A DNA stretch of 63,903 nucleotides, filler included, from Polymyxa betae A26-41 (GCA_003693705.1; 6 parts of 6 records of this genome joined end to end with filler, not necessarily neighbours in it); one strand, 5' to 3'. Positions 37,093 to 49,471 are shown, numbered from the whole stretch's first letter. Translations and numbers: made by a program. The notes: generated by a model from the letters alone, not told the origin.

Positions 37093-37854
37093 ATGGGCTG
37101 GATCATCAATCACCCGGACTCCTCACTCAGGTTTCATGCTTGTTTGATGTCATATTGGACTATATCTCACTCAGTTTATGATAGACATCATCGAACCTTC
37201 TAGATCCACTATTAGGCCAGGTAAGTCTATATCTAATTATATTCTACAGCTGTACTAACTGCTCCCAGCAGGTCCGGCCACCAGATCAACTTCTAGTAAA
37301 CCTTGTATGTGCAGAATAATCAATCCACTCTTCTCTCGTGACTGCTCTCTGGATTTACCCAGATCCTTGCAACTCGAATTTCCAGAATTCCAGTTTTTAT
37401 TTTTTTTTTTTAGATGATCACTTCCATGCTGATTTATTGACAGCCTGATGTCCCGATGCCAATAGTAATGATATTGAATCTGCTTCCCATTATAGTTCTC
37501 CCTTTATGGATCACACATACTATCCCAGATATTGCCAGTATCATTCTTATATCCCCTTATATTCTACATATTGTCTATAGCATTATTCAGGAAACTACCC
37601 GAGACATAAAGGTACGTAATGACAGCGCGTTTCCTAATCAAACCCTAAACCCTGGCCAGAAATCCATAATCCGTGTCATACTAAAACTGGTGATCATCGT
37701 ACTGTCCTATATTCCTGCCTATGTGATCCCGTTACTATGCCAACATATCATGTTGGGTAGCTTCGCCCATCCCTTACTGGTTATCTGGGCCGTCTGGATG
37801 GCACTCGTCGCCTTCGCGCTGTTCACTCATCGCCGACGCCCATCCCGTACCTAA
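37093..37854 (+). pseudogene. Small membrane protein gene with degenerate 5' exons and a hydrophobic last exon (37456-37854)
   Basis: Multiple TM-like stretches; upstream GTAAG and GTATG donors present, but in-frame stops. Confidence 0.45.
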
Positions 37855-39593
37855 TAAAGAACATCTTCACAACCTGCAAAATCGTTCTGAACTTTACAAA
37901 AGTATCTGTTTTAGATATTGGTGTAACATCATCTCAAAAAAACTACTTTATGGTGAGCTGGCATCTAAAAATCTGCAGGTGATGAAGGCGTAGGCGAACC
38001 AGGCGGGGGTCAGTACGACCTGGATCACTCAGCTTTTTGCATGTGGGGAGGCGGCGTTCTGTATCGCGGCCGTTACCATTCCGACGGGTACGACAAAGTT
38101 CACGATTCGGATGGGACCCCGCCAGGGGCCGTACTGGGCCCCGGCCTGCGATCATCCTGATGCATTTGACCGTGCAGGTTCGGGATCTGATTGTTTCGTA
38201 ACAGTGTAGAATACGCCCACGCGGCTTTGTGCTATCACATCATCAGCAATGCAAATCACGCCAACCAAAAGCTTTCAAAGACAGAAATTGTAGAACATTG
38301 AGAATTTCAAGACACGGACTAATTTGCCAGAATTTTAGTAGAAGCAGATCATCAATAAATGCGTAGATACAGTATGTGTTGGCAATCGTTATTGTGTTTT
38401 TGGATTGTGAGTGACTTTTGAAATTCCCGGATCAATCGAGGACCCGAGCTTCCGTGATTCTGTCGTCCCATTCGGGTCACCGGAACTACCTCTTTCTTGA
38501 CATGGGATTACGCAGGCCTCATTTCACCACATATTGTGACCTCTTCTATAGGAGATTTTCAAAGACAACTCATTCCCGCGACTTCAATAACTTTAATCAA
38601 CAGGTGCTAAAAAATGCCTTTATCAATTTTCCTGTCACAGCCCATTGGTTTACTAGATTGGAAATGCGCCCTGGATGGAGGGTGAATTTTATATGGACGC
38701 AGCCCATACGCTCCCATGAAAGCGGACCTGTTATGACGACCTTTTCTGTAAATGCTTGATTATGACACTGTGAAATATGTTTCATAGTTCCCAAACATAG
38801 AGCACTCGGATTGAGTAGAGGATAGAGTCCGCTATCAAAAGCATTGATATCTGACTCTCAAGATCTGTGAATTCGCAATAAATGCCAAAGCTTGGAGATA
38901 ATGCGCTCTCACCAATAGAATGCAAAATTGTCTGAATCTGATTTCCAGCCTGTTAGAAGGCATCTTCTTTCCCAAAAATAGAGAGAGATGAAAGAGATAG
39001 AGCGAGAGCGCCAGAATGATTGACGGCTGTTCCTTGATTGAGGAAGAGACAGTCTCATATGAATCAATACAACCATAGTTCCTACATTTTGGGAATACGG
39101 TAGTGCACTACTGTATATCATTGCAGGCCTTACGTTTCAGATAGATCGCCGCCTGTTGACCAAAATCAACTAACTAGAATAATCCAATCCAATACATATA
39201 TCATTGCAGGGGAATTTCTGGCACAATCATGATAGCAGCTTCCATAACGTAATATCCCTGCTATCAACAAAACGAATCTGAAGCCTTCTATACGATTGAT
39301 TTCACAAAGTACAAATATAACTGTATGTGAAATTATGAATGCTTCAACCAAAATGATATCAGTTTACAAATTGCGGTAGAAATGTTAAATCACATCCAAT
39401 CAGATTTTCAACATCCACTGCTCAATTGAAAATTTCAAAACAAATTCCAATCTTCTGACATTCATAGATCACAAAAGAACATCGAACGCGTCATGTCCAA
39501 ACTTACCAATCAATGCCACTATGAGCTATTTGATTCTACTTGAGGAGATGTTTGCTATTGATAGCTGTTAGAGAAGTTGTTTATGAATCATAA

Positions 39594-39693
39594 NNNNNNN
39601 NNNNNNNNNNNNNNNNNNNNNNNNNNNNNNNNNNNNNTTAATTAATTAANNNNNNNNNNNNNNNNNNNNNNNNNNNNNNNNNNNNNNNNNNNN
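39594..39693. other. Assembly linker
   Basis: N44-TTAATTAATTAA-N44. Confidence 0.97.
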
Positions 39694-40251
39694 GCTCAGC
39701 TCGGTCTCTAATAGTTACCGCCAGTAATCTCCGCCACGGCACCGTCACGCGTGGACTCGTCTCCGACCAGCATCTTTCGTCATTCAATTGGCTTTCTTTA
39801 ATCATTATGGCATGCTACATGCAATTATCGGCCGTCCTGCTGCTTCTACTAACTGGCTCGCTAGCTTCGGAATCCCGATTATCCATCTCGCAAAGCTCAA
39901 AGCTGCCAGCAGCCATAGGTTGGGGTTTTTCATAGCTTTTGGAAAACTTCAGAAATTTCGATGTTTAGTTATTTTCTGTTATTAAGTAGGTATGTGATTA
40001 TTATAGAGGTGCTTTATAGGATATCTGAGCCTTGTATATCGCTATCGGATCTATTCTCGTTGCTCTTTGAGATTGGAGGGGTCATGGGCATTATAGCAGT
40101 CTCACCATTGCTGCTCCTGCTCCTCATGTTTGATTACTTTCTGCAAGGGATATCATGGCCGCGTATCATTTGGGGCATTGTTATCACCATGATTATTGTC
40201 TTTTGGGGTCCGTTAATTTTCTATCAAGATATCAAAACTGTCTTTCTCTGA
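39694..40251 (+). CDS. Small membrane protein, 5' partial; intron 39919-39989
   Basis: In-frame splice ...SSHR-YVIIIEV...; two TM helices (GGVMGIIAVSPLLLLLLMF and IIWGIVITMIIVFWGPLIF). Confidence 0.55.
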
Positions 40252-41036
40252 AACATACCTTGTTTGTGGTACATTAATAAAGAGCAAAGATCATCCTTCA
40301 TTGAATCGCAACAGAGACAGCCAAAGCGTCCTGCAAGTTTCAAGAAGAATATCGCCTCTTTCCATTCATCTCGAGCAATATAGATTCTGGATTATGGTCG
40401 AGGCATTCCTGTGTCTTCCTTAGACACCGCTCAGATTCGAATTTACAATTCTTGGTCTTCTCTGCATGTCGAAACTACCAAAAAACCTCCAAAAATCTAC
40501 CATCATCCAGAACCATTTACTGCTGCTGCTTTAAGCAGATTTGTGACAACCCAAGGGAAGTTTTATCCTGTTCCTAGAAAGCAACAATCATTTGCGAGAT
40601 GATCATTTTGAATCGTTAATCAGAAATTGCTCTAAGCCACTTTGTTTTTGTATCTATATATCTGCATACCAAACCAATAGTAGAGCAAACGCTCTTGGAA
40701 AGCTCTGGGACCGGCTCCTGGTCCTCGAACAATGGACACTCAGCGTCAAGTGCAACATCATCACCAAGAGACCGATCAATACGTTCAATCGTACCCAGTC
40801 CGGGCCCGGCCGTGAATAAGCTGGCGAGCTTGCTGAACATGGATAGTGAGCTCCCAACGCTATTAGGCGAGTTGTCGACTGTTTAGAGTGCACAGAGTTG
40901 CACAATAGTGCGCGACTCACGCAGTTGCACAATAGTGTGAGGCCGCGCAGTTGCATGCAAAGTAAGCGGTTCCTGTAGCACAGTAGCAGGCTCGATGATC
41001 CGAATTGGCGTTGCGGTGCCCTTCATTCTCCATCGA

Positions 41037-41461
41037 ATGATACATCGCGTCGTCCACTTTGTTATCGCGCTCATCCTGGTATTGACCACAGCCTCGGCTG
41101 ATGCAGCAACGACTTCCTCCCCAGTGCTGTCTGACTCAAGAAAGCGTCATCCTCCTGCCTTTCTAGGTCGAAAATCATGCCCATCGTTTACTGAAATTTC
41201 CCAACATTGCCTTTTTTTCAAGTTTCGCCTCTTTTCTTGCTATTAACCATGATTTCAGGGAATCTGCATCAGAATCCAGTCGGGTTGGTGTCACAGTTCT
41301 TCACGCTGCTCTCAGATTGTCTGGGCGTATTTGTCCAGCTGCCTTTCACCTTTCTGCTCATTATCTGCATTCCGCTTTGGACTTTAGAGCTGTTTCTGAA
41401 AGCGGTGCGTTTCGTCACCCGAATCATTTCTCTCGTGATTAATATATTAATGGGCCGCTAA
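41037..41461 (+). CDS. Small signal-peptide plus membrane-helix protein (~110 aa); intron 41167-41258
   Basis: MIHRVVHFVIALILVLTTASA signal; phase-1 intron after CTA-G; C-terminal hydrophobic and amphipathic helices. Confidence 0.7.
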
Positions 41462-41641
41462 GCCGCTGTTCTCATCTGACTCAATTGCTGTCAAAGGGCT
41501 ACCCAATAAGGAGTCAATTATCTCAAGCATGAATTTAATAGAAATGCATGAAATTGAATTTGCCAGGACCTAGGGTTTTAGGGGTTCTCCCATGACCGGC
41601 GCATCTTGCGATAGAGGTTGTCGTTGTCCATCTTATCAATC

Positions 41642-42103
41642 ATGGGTTGGCGTCTCCCAGTCTCGAGCCCCATCTCGATCATGTTGATCATCACAGCAGT
41701 CGCGTCCAGCAATCGGCCCGCCTTGAAATCGTCGCTAACAGTAACAGCTCCTGAAGATCGCCCTCAATGTCTAGGTTCAACGCTTTTTCCGTTAAAATTC
41801 CCAATTGACCCCGTTTTGAAAAGTTTTCAAATATTTGCTGATAGTCTCTTGTTTGCAGCTAAACTTGAATTCCAGTCGATGTTCGCTACGTCTCACCTCT
41901 ATCAAGATTTTCTGGTCCTCTTTCTATTCGTCTTCGTATCGCCAGTCGTGGTTGCCTGTGTGATTGTTATATCCGTACTCTGGCCTATAATCAAACGGCT
42001 ACCAAGAGATCTAGCTCGCCTCGTGGTCGCTATCATAGACCTACTACTCTATTTGCTTGATGAAACGACCACGGAGCCGGTAGCAGCAAATTGCTGCTCG
42101 TAA
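41642..42103 (+). CDS. Small signal-peptide plus membrane-helix protein (~125 aa); intron 41775-41858
   Basis: Same layout and same phase-1 CTA-G|GT intron position as the upstream gene; FLVLFLFVFVSPVVVACVIVISVLWP. Confidence 0.7.
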   Translation: MGWRLPVSSPISIMLIITAVASSNRPALKSSLTVTAPEDRPQCLGSTLFPLKFPIDPVLKSFQIFADSLLFAAKLEFQSMFATSHLYQDFLVLFLFVFVSPVVVACVIVISVLWPIIKRLPRDLARLVVAIIDLLLYLLDETTTEPVAANCCS

Positions 42104-42309
42104 TCGATCATCGAGTCCTAAGCTTCACGTATCTTGCACTCATTTCCCAATGGCGTCAATTATGTTCACAGCTTGATCTTTCGAATGCTTTTCAATTCTT
42201 CAACAAAATATTTATGCTATTTAATTTAAATTAGATGTCAGTAAATACGTCATCTTAGAAGGATAAACGACGACATCTCAAAGTTTCATCGTACAATTTA
42301 TGACAAGAT

Positions 42310-45028
42310 TTAGAGCTTCGATTGGCTTTTATATTGACTTCGCAGCTCACGTCTCATAATCTTCCCGGTTGGTGTCATGGGCATTCTCTCAATAACCCTC
42401 ACCTCATGCACTTTGAACAGCGGGTTCAGATGCTCTTTGATCAGTTTCTGGAACGCATCTCGCAGAGCCGCCGCATCTCGGGCGCCGCTCTTCAACACCA
42501 CGAACACGACTAGTTGGTCGGGGCCGCCTTCCGGAGGCGGTACGGCAACGGCCGCACAGACGTCTACGCTTGGACACATTCCACAGACATTCTCCAGCTG
42601 AACGCTCGACACTTTGATGCCGCCCAGATTCATGGTGTCGTCAGCGCGACCCATAGCCCGGTAGTACCCGCCCTCGCAACGGATCCGATCGCCATGCCGA
42701 CGCATCGGTTCGCCATTCGGCATGTACGGCATGCCATCGTAATACACCTTGTAATGGTCTTGGTTGAGAATCGTGTTGGAAAGGCCGAGCGATGGGCCGC
42801 CCAAGGCCATCTCGGCTTCGTCGTCGTCGCCGATGAAGAACAGCTCGATCGATGGGCTCACGGTGCTGAACCAGGATGGCGCTTGCGGCTGAGTAACGGA
42901 TGCGGAGAGGTACCCGCCGCCGATCTCGGTCCCGCCACAGTATTCGATAACGGGTGCAAATCCCGCCCTCTGCGACATGAGCCAGAACTGATCGATCGGG
43001 CTGCTACTTTCGCCTAAGAACATAGTAAATAACGTGAAACGAGAGAGAAAACGACAGGGAAACTATCGGCAACATGAAAACGGAAGCAAACAAAAAAGTG
43101 AACAAAAAGGTGAAAATAGATGATTTAAAGCGGGAAAGCTGATAAAATCAAAACAGATTCATAAGAAAAGCAATCAGAAGGGCAGCATCGAAGCCAAAGC
43201 AGTAAAACTAACGAAGAAACTGTCAAAATCGGTTCTGAAATCTGAACAGAAAACGATGAAACCAGCGTACTTTATAAGGTGAAACTAAAGAAGAATCAAA
43301 AGAGAAAAAGGAAAAAATCAAGATAAAAAGGAAAAAAAAAACAAAATATCGAACCGTTTGTTGACAGTACCGGTGCTGGAATATCGGGTCACATTCTGCC
43401 AACTGATGTGATCGAGCAGGTTCAGATGTCGTATCTGTTTCGTGATGCTTGGGATCATGCCGAGCAAGACCGTTCGGCTACGCTCCACGAACAGGCAGAA
43501 TTCTCGCGAGACAGGCGACCCGTAGAACAGCCCGATCGTGCCCCGATTGATAAGCGTAGCGAACACCAACCACGGCGCCATCATCCATCCGAAATTCGTC
43601 GGCCAGACGACACATTCCCCAGCCTTGATATCATGATGCAGGCAGCCATCCATAGCCGCTTTCAGAGCCGTTGCATGCGACCATGGAATAGCCTTTGGAG
43701 CCCCTATAGAAACATCAAATTAGCCACAAAAAAAGGCAGATGATGGATCGCAAATAAATAGTAAGTTAGTTAGCATATGTTTGGTTGCAAATGTGTCGGA
43801 CATTAATCGGAATATGGAAACTTCAAACCATACGATCAAGAAATACAACTCGAAAGAAGCAAAAATAAAAACAAACATACAATAGATTACAGCCGATGAG
43901 AGAGCCATCAGAAATTTCTAAAACGAGAAAAAATTAAGCACCATAAAATGAATGTTTCATACCTGTAGTTCCACTCGAGAACAGGATGTTAATAGTAGTC
44001 TGAGCTGGTGACGAAATCGGTTCGAATCCTCCCGCAGCAGCGGCATCGCCCAGGGCCAGAAAGTCGTCCCAGCAGAGATCACCGGCGCCCTCGAGCTCGC
44101 ACTGAATCGGCGTCCCCTGAGCCTGCCCGTCCTGGAATTCACCGGGCAGCACAACGACCCGAGCTTGGGGCCAGTCCGCTTGGCGAACGCGATCGTACAT
44201 CGGCAGACGCTTCCCGGCCCGATAAATAAAGTCCTGGGTCAGTACGGCCTGGCATTGGGCGAGCGCCAGCCGAACGCGGATCTCGTCGGCCGAGAACGAA
44301 TCGGCGACGCTGACGGCGACCATGCCGGCCTTGATGATGCCGAGATAGGCCGCCACCGACTCCGCCGTCATCTGCATGAAGATGGCGACAGCTGCGCCCG
44401 GTGTCAGGCCAAGGGCCAGCAGGGCGGCCGCGATCCGATCCGAGATGTCGGCCAGGGTCCGGTACGTCCATTCATGCAGTTCACCGGCGTCGCCGTCGTT
44501 TTCTTTCTGGAAGCGAATCGCGACGGCGGTCTCCTGCGCCTGAAAGCAGGATGTGACGATGTTCAGGTTGGCGCCAGGCAGGTACTGGACCCTTGCAAGC
44601 CCTTCGGTCAAATCGAAGATCCGGCTCGGCTTCAGGTCGAATTTGATGCCGAGGAAGTCGATGATTTTTGTCCAGAAGGTTTCGCGATCGGCAATGGAGT
44701 AGCGATAAAGGGCGGCGAAACAATCGGCGGTTGCTGGCAGGCTTAGAAAGCGGCAGAAAGCAAAGCAGTTGCTGTTGGCGATGACAGCGTCGGTGGGGAA
44801 GTACGCCAGATGTGGGTAGTGCGAGTCTTGATACGATTTCCTATAGAGCAGGTGAAGGAGGTCGAAGGGCAGCCGGGGCGGCAGCGTCGCCAGCAGTTGG
44901 CGCCAACGGTCGCTTCCCGTCGGCAGGGACAGCGCCGCGTTGCATAGCGATGCTAATGGGGCGGGGTCTGAGACGGCGCCCGCCACAGCCAAGATCTCAG
45001 CGGCTGTGATGGACGGCGATGACGACAT
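42310..45028 (-). CDS. Peroxisomal acyl-CoA synthetase (AMP-binding, plant AAE17/AAE18-like), 700 aa; exons 45028-43963, 43703-43371, 43013-42310
   Basis: ILFSSGTTGAPKAIPW, WPTNFGWMM, SSTGESS, PVIEYCGGTEIGG, RRHGD, GRADDTMNLGGIKVSS, LNPLFKV; C-terminal SKL (PTS1); spliced length 2103 nt. Confidence 0.93.
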
Positions 45029-45083
45029 CGCTGAATGAGGAAGAGCACTTAGCTAAGGGGGCTGCTCCACAACTGCGAAAAAG

Positions 45084-45352
45084 TTTCCCATTTTTGTTCG
45101 ACTTTTTTTGATGAAATCGTTTTTTTGCAAGCTGCTTTGGATGCTAAGTTGCAGTATTCTGTTGTAATGATAATCTCTCGGATGTTTTCAATATGAGGCA
45201 AGTTTCATGATTGCTTTTTTTCCCATTTTTGTTCGGCTTTTTTTGATGAAATCGTTTTCTTGCAAGCTGCTTTGGATGCTAAGTTGCAGTATTCTGTTGT
45301 AATGATAATCTCTCGGATGTTTTCAATATGAGGCAAGTTTCATGATTGCTTT
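45084..45352. repeat. Near-perfect 135-bp tandem duplication upstream of the acyl-CoA synthetase
   Basis: Copies start at 45084 and 45219. Confidence 0.95.
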
Positions 45353-45902
45353 CACTATTGAAACGATGCGAAGCCTCTTGAATGAGTTCAGAAATCTGTC
45401 GTTTAAAGGCTTTTGCAGCATGTTTTGTATCACAAGTGCTGTTCGTTTTTGCAAACATGGCCTGAGAACAAAGCTTAAAATCGTTAGATCCATAATAGCT
45501 TTATCGGCTCGGGCACTTCATATAGTAATGTGCCATAAGAAACCTTGTTGATTTGTTGGATCACAGAAACAGCTTTAAAGCACAGAACATTGGTGACCAT
45601 CTGCTTGGAGAGAAAATCTCCCTGTTTTCAAGTCAAGTACGAGCTGAGAATCGTCCAAGGGGATCCGATGATCTGGACTGTTAATGTCGTTTCACGTTCA
45701 AGGACGCATCAGAGTGGCAGCGGGCTGCGTTGCTCCGCGTCATAGCAGATATTTCTGACTGTCGAGAGGGCCGCTCCCACTGATCGCGACTCAGCAAACG
45801 TTGACCTCGTCGATCTTCACCACGTTGCTGCTGCTCCCTTTTCCTGGGCTCAACGTCCAATTCTTTCTCACTTCTCAAAGCATCCTTGCAATCCAAGCAA
45901 CG

Positions 45903-46597
45903 ATGATCGCCGGTGCTCTGTTCGTCGTCTTAGTCGCCACCGCTGTTGCAGGCACTGACGGCTATGCCAAGGTGCCTACCGTATCCGCTGAAGGGCACCG
46001 GTGCGGGCCCTATTTCGAATGGGTTCCGTGCCCAGGTACTGACACCCTAAAACCCTATCCAAACTCTCTAACTTTTCCTGTTTAGAATCGAAATGCTGTA
46101 GCCAATATGGCTGGTGCGGCTCGAGCCCCGTTCACTGCCAATGGTGCAACGAAACTAATCCAGCCGACTGCCCATTCTACGCCCCGGAGCCGCGGAGCCC
46201 AGCTATAGCCACCTCGGCCCCAGAATACCCCTCCGATGATGACTCGACTCCGGATTCTACCGACGCAGCCTCAAACAACACCGCCGACGATGATTCGACT
46301 TCGGATTCTACCGGCGATGCTGGGACGTCGGCCCCTGCCCAGGACGCTGACGCCTCCGCTGCTCCCGCAAACAACGACACGCTGTCCGACGTGGACTGCC
46401 CGCCCGGCAACAGCACCTGCGACGACGACTCCGGGGCCGTACCGACCCAGTCTGAGGCACCGGTTGCTACGGACGGATCGTCTGCCGGGCCGAGTGACGA
46501 TTCGGATGCGTATCTGGACTCGACTCCATACAGCTCCGGAATGATGCCCACCGTCTTTGTCGCGTTTGCTTGCGTCGGGGCTGCCCTCTTCCTATGA
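45903..46597 (+). CDS. Secreted hevein/CBM18 chitin-binding protein with D/S/T/A-rich stalk and GPI-like tail; intron 46036-46085
   Basis: CGPYFEWVPCP-ESKCCSQYGWCGSSPVHC; tail YLDSTPYSSGMMPTVFVAFACVGAALFL. Confidence 0.92.
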
Positions 46598-47354
46598 AAC
46601 TGCGGTCTGAAATGAGCCAAACCCGTGCTGGTGACTAACACAGCTTAATACTGGAGATTTCCAATAACAATGCAAAATTAAAGTTATGGTTGGAGCTCCG
46701 ACCTTTAAGGTTGTTGTGTTGAGAGTAGGAAATAGCAAACGCTGGCAGAAATTACGATTTGTCCCGAAAGGTTATTCATAACAGTAGATCCCTAAAGAGA
46801 ACTGCAAGAACCTCCTCATTGTAGTATTTTAGAGATTATGAATCTATTTTCCTGTTTTTTCCCTTTAGATGTCATTCTAGCGATTTGGGTCAGCGCAGTA
46901 TCTTGTATAACACAGCTCGTTATACTTGGATGATACACACACACAAGAACATCAAAAAAAAAAAGGTATTTATCAGGATTGTTACTGCGACTTGGCTGAA
47001 GCTTAATCACTGCTCACCATTTTCGGTTAAGTTCGTAAGTTTCCCGTCTATATTGTCGATTCCTCGTTTTGAGCGCAATTTCAAAAACCTTCCGATTTTG
47101 GATTGTTGTTTCATTTTCGCAAGTTGTGATTCGAATGCGCATTTCGCACTGTCTCATCTTTATTAATAGTGGAAAATCCCCTGCCCAACGTGAGAGCAGT
47201 ACAGCGTGGTGAGAGGGGTGGCTTTGAAGCGGTACGGTGTGGTGAAAACAAAGGGGGAGAAAGGGGTGCGCAGCCCACCGACCCATACAATGACCGCTCT
47301 CATCACGAATTTCCGGGGGGAGCTATTTCTATTGTGGTACCCCAAAACATCGTC

Positions 47355-48473
47355 ATGATCCGCTGGGGCGCCTGCCTGGTCTACGCGCTCGTACTGGCCC
47401 GCACGTATGCCGTCGACATCGAGCCGGACGAGCACAGCCCGTTCCGCGTGCTGAGATCCGTCTCGGATTACCTCGGCGACGATCCGGATGCGCTGCTGCC
47501 GCTGGCCCTGGCCGGCCGCGCCAGCTACGATCTCGTTCATGACCGTCTTCGATTTCGCCAGTTTCGTAATGTTACCGCAACGACGGCGGTGTTCGCCGAC
47601 CGCCTCCAGACCGTGATTTGCGAGTCTGCGAAGCGCCCTGCGCTTCACAACCTGCTCCGCGACTATCTTCGCGTCGACGGCAACGTCGTCTTTCTCGTTG
47701 GGCGTTTCTTACAAGCGCAACCCGCCCATCCCATGATCGTTCTAGACGCCATCAAGTACTTCATTGTTAAATGCTGTTGCGAATCACTGCCCGGCCTCCT
47801 GGTCTCCTTACTGGCCGATACCGGGAATGTCTGCAAGCCGCTGTTAGAGGCGATCGCTCCGTACTACAAACCGATTCCGATTCAAGATATCCCGGACGAG
47901 ATTATGCGGATTTTGCGGGACAACGGCGAGGCCGATCACTGGATGCGGGCCTACGCGCGGGACGCGCATTTGTTCCAGAGTCTGTACTTCAGCGGGACGG
48001 TACAGATTCTGCGTCGGTTCAGGGCTGCGATTCGTTCCCAGCCCGGCCTGATTGCCGCCCTATACCGCTGCGGAGTCCGCTTCCAGCTCTCGCAATTTCC
48101 CGCCCTCGCCGCTCATGAAGCCCGTCATATGTCCGCCTATCTGTCCTACTACGCCGCAGCGTTCCGGTTGCAGTTCATCGAAGCTGTCAACAGGGACCAG
48201 TACGAGGTCTTGGTCGTGCTGCTCCGCGAACCTGCCCTGGTCGAGGCTCTCTGGAAGGAGAGAGCTCGGCATTCGCTGTTTCTGTTTGCAGCGCGTCTGT
48301 TGGCGTTGGGGACGGGTACGACCGACCTGGTCGCAGCACTGGATCGGGTTCCCGGAATGCAGTCCACTATCCGCGTTTATTCGGAGATGAATCGTGCTGA
48401 CCTTTTGCATCGTTTTCAGGCAGAACACGATATCTGTGTGATTCTATTGCCAAGGTTATCATACTTCGTCTGA
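47355..48473 (+). CDS. Secreted protein with F-box-like N-terminus (family member 4), 372 aa
   Basis: ATG at 47355, MIRWGACLVYALVLARTYA; PFRVLRSVSDYLGDDPDALLPLALAGRASY; IPDEIM; QPGLIAALYRCGVRF. Confidence 0.85.
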   Translation: MIRWGACLVYALVLARTYAVDIEPDEHSPFRVLRSVSDYLGDDPDALLPLALAGRASYDLVHDRLRFRQFRNVTATTAVFADRLQTVICESAKRPALHNLLRDYLRVDGNVVFLVGRFLQAQPAHPMIVLDAIKYFIVKCCCESLPGLLVSLLADTGNVCKPLLEAIAPYYKPIPIQDIPDEIMRILRDNGEADHWMRAYARDAHLFQSLYFSGTVQILRRFRAAIRSQPGLIAALYRCGVRFQLSQFPALAAHEARHMSAYLSYYAAAFRLQFIEAVNRDQYEVLVVLLREPALVEALWKERARHSLFLFAARLLALGTGTTDLVAALDRVPGMQSTIRVYSEMNRADLLHRFQAEHDICVILLPRLSYFV

Positions 48474-49471
48474 GAAGGGATTTCTCTCTAGTTAGAATAT
48501 TTGGCTGAGCTCATGCCAAATTTCCATTCGATAGTCCTGGAGCATCTGTGGTGAATAAATCTGTTCAGATTCAGGAATAGAGACCGATTTTCCAAACAAT
48601 TCAGCGAGCTTTCACTTTATCACCGCATTCTCTTTATCATTATTATCGAAATCCGAGTTTTCTTACGTAAAATACAGCAAACATTCTAACACGGTTTCTG
48701 ATATGGCTGCCCAAGCCTTCTCCATCCAACGCTCACATCGTCGAAACCCTAGGATTAGTACTCGTAGTTTGTTACTTCCAGAAGAAGTCGTTGCTCACAT
48801 CTCACAGAGCTGTGGCTCGGAGACGAGTGAAGAGCTCGTGCTTGAAGAGCTGTATTGCCTCCAACGTTCCGTATCGTCAACCTGGGCGCCAAGCCTCGTC
48901 TGAATGAATGGTCGGCAAAGTTTCGGCTGCTGCCGTACTGGTCGTAACGATTGCCAAATGCAATTTTGGAGAGCCGCAGAATGCGGCTTCAGTCCTTATT
49001 AAACCAGAAAATGAGCGAACTGGTCGAATTCAATCCAGTCCCGACTGATGTGGCGTCGGATATCAGAAAGGAGCGTTTTCCGGCGAAAGCGAAGGCGATG
49101 AGGGATACTAAGAAGAATGTAAACCCTTAACAATACGTGCTAGCAGAATCTGGATTCAAGACAGTGATCCTTTATTCGTGCCGGCTGATCTGGCCCTTGA
49201 TAAGCACAAAGTGAGAGAGCCAAGGTCACCAGAGCGCAGATAGACCTCTTACAAATAACAGTACAAACATACATCCGGAAGCAATGCCGCCTTCTAGCAA
49301 CCGAGAGCCATCCCCAAACAACAAACCTCTGTAAAACAGCAGACACTTCCATGTTTCTTCACATTTATCACCATTCTCTACAAAGGGCAAACGAAAGAAT
49401 TGTGTCAAGCTATACGACGCCGCCTTTAGTCTCGTCCATAGCTTGTTTCAAAGCTTTGTTTGACCGACAGC

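Noticed and set aside
47169-47354. N-terminal extension of the 434-aa ORF
   Set aside because: Relies on a GTG start; the ATG at 47355 directly precedes a signal peptide.
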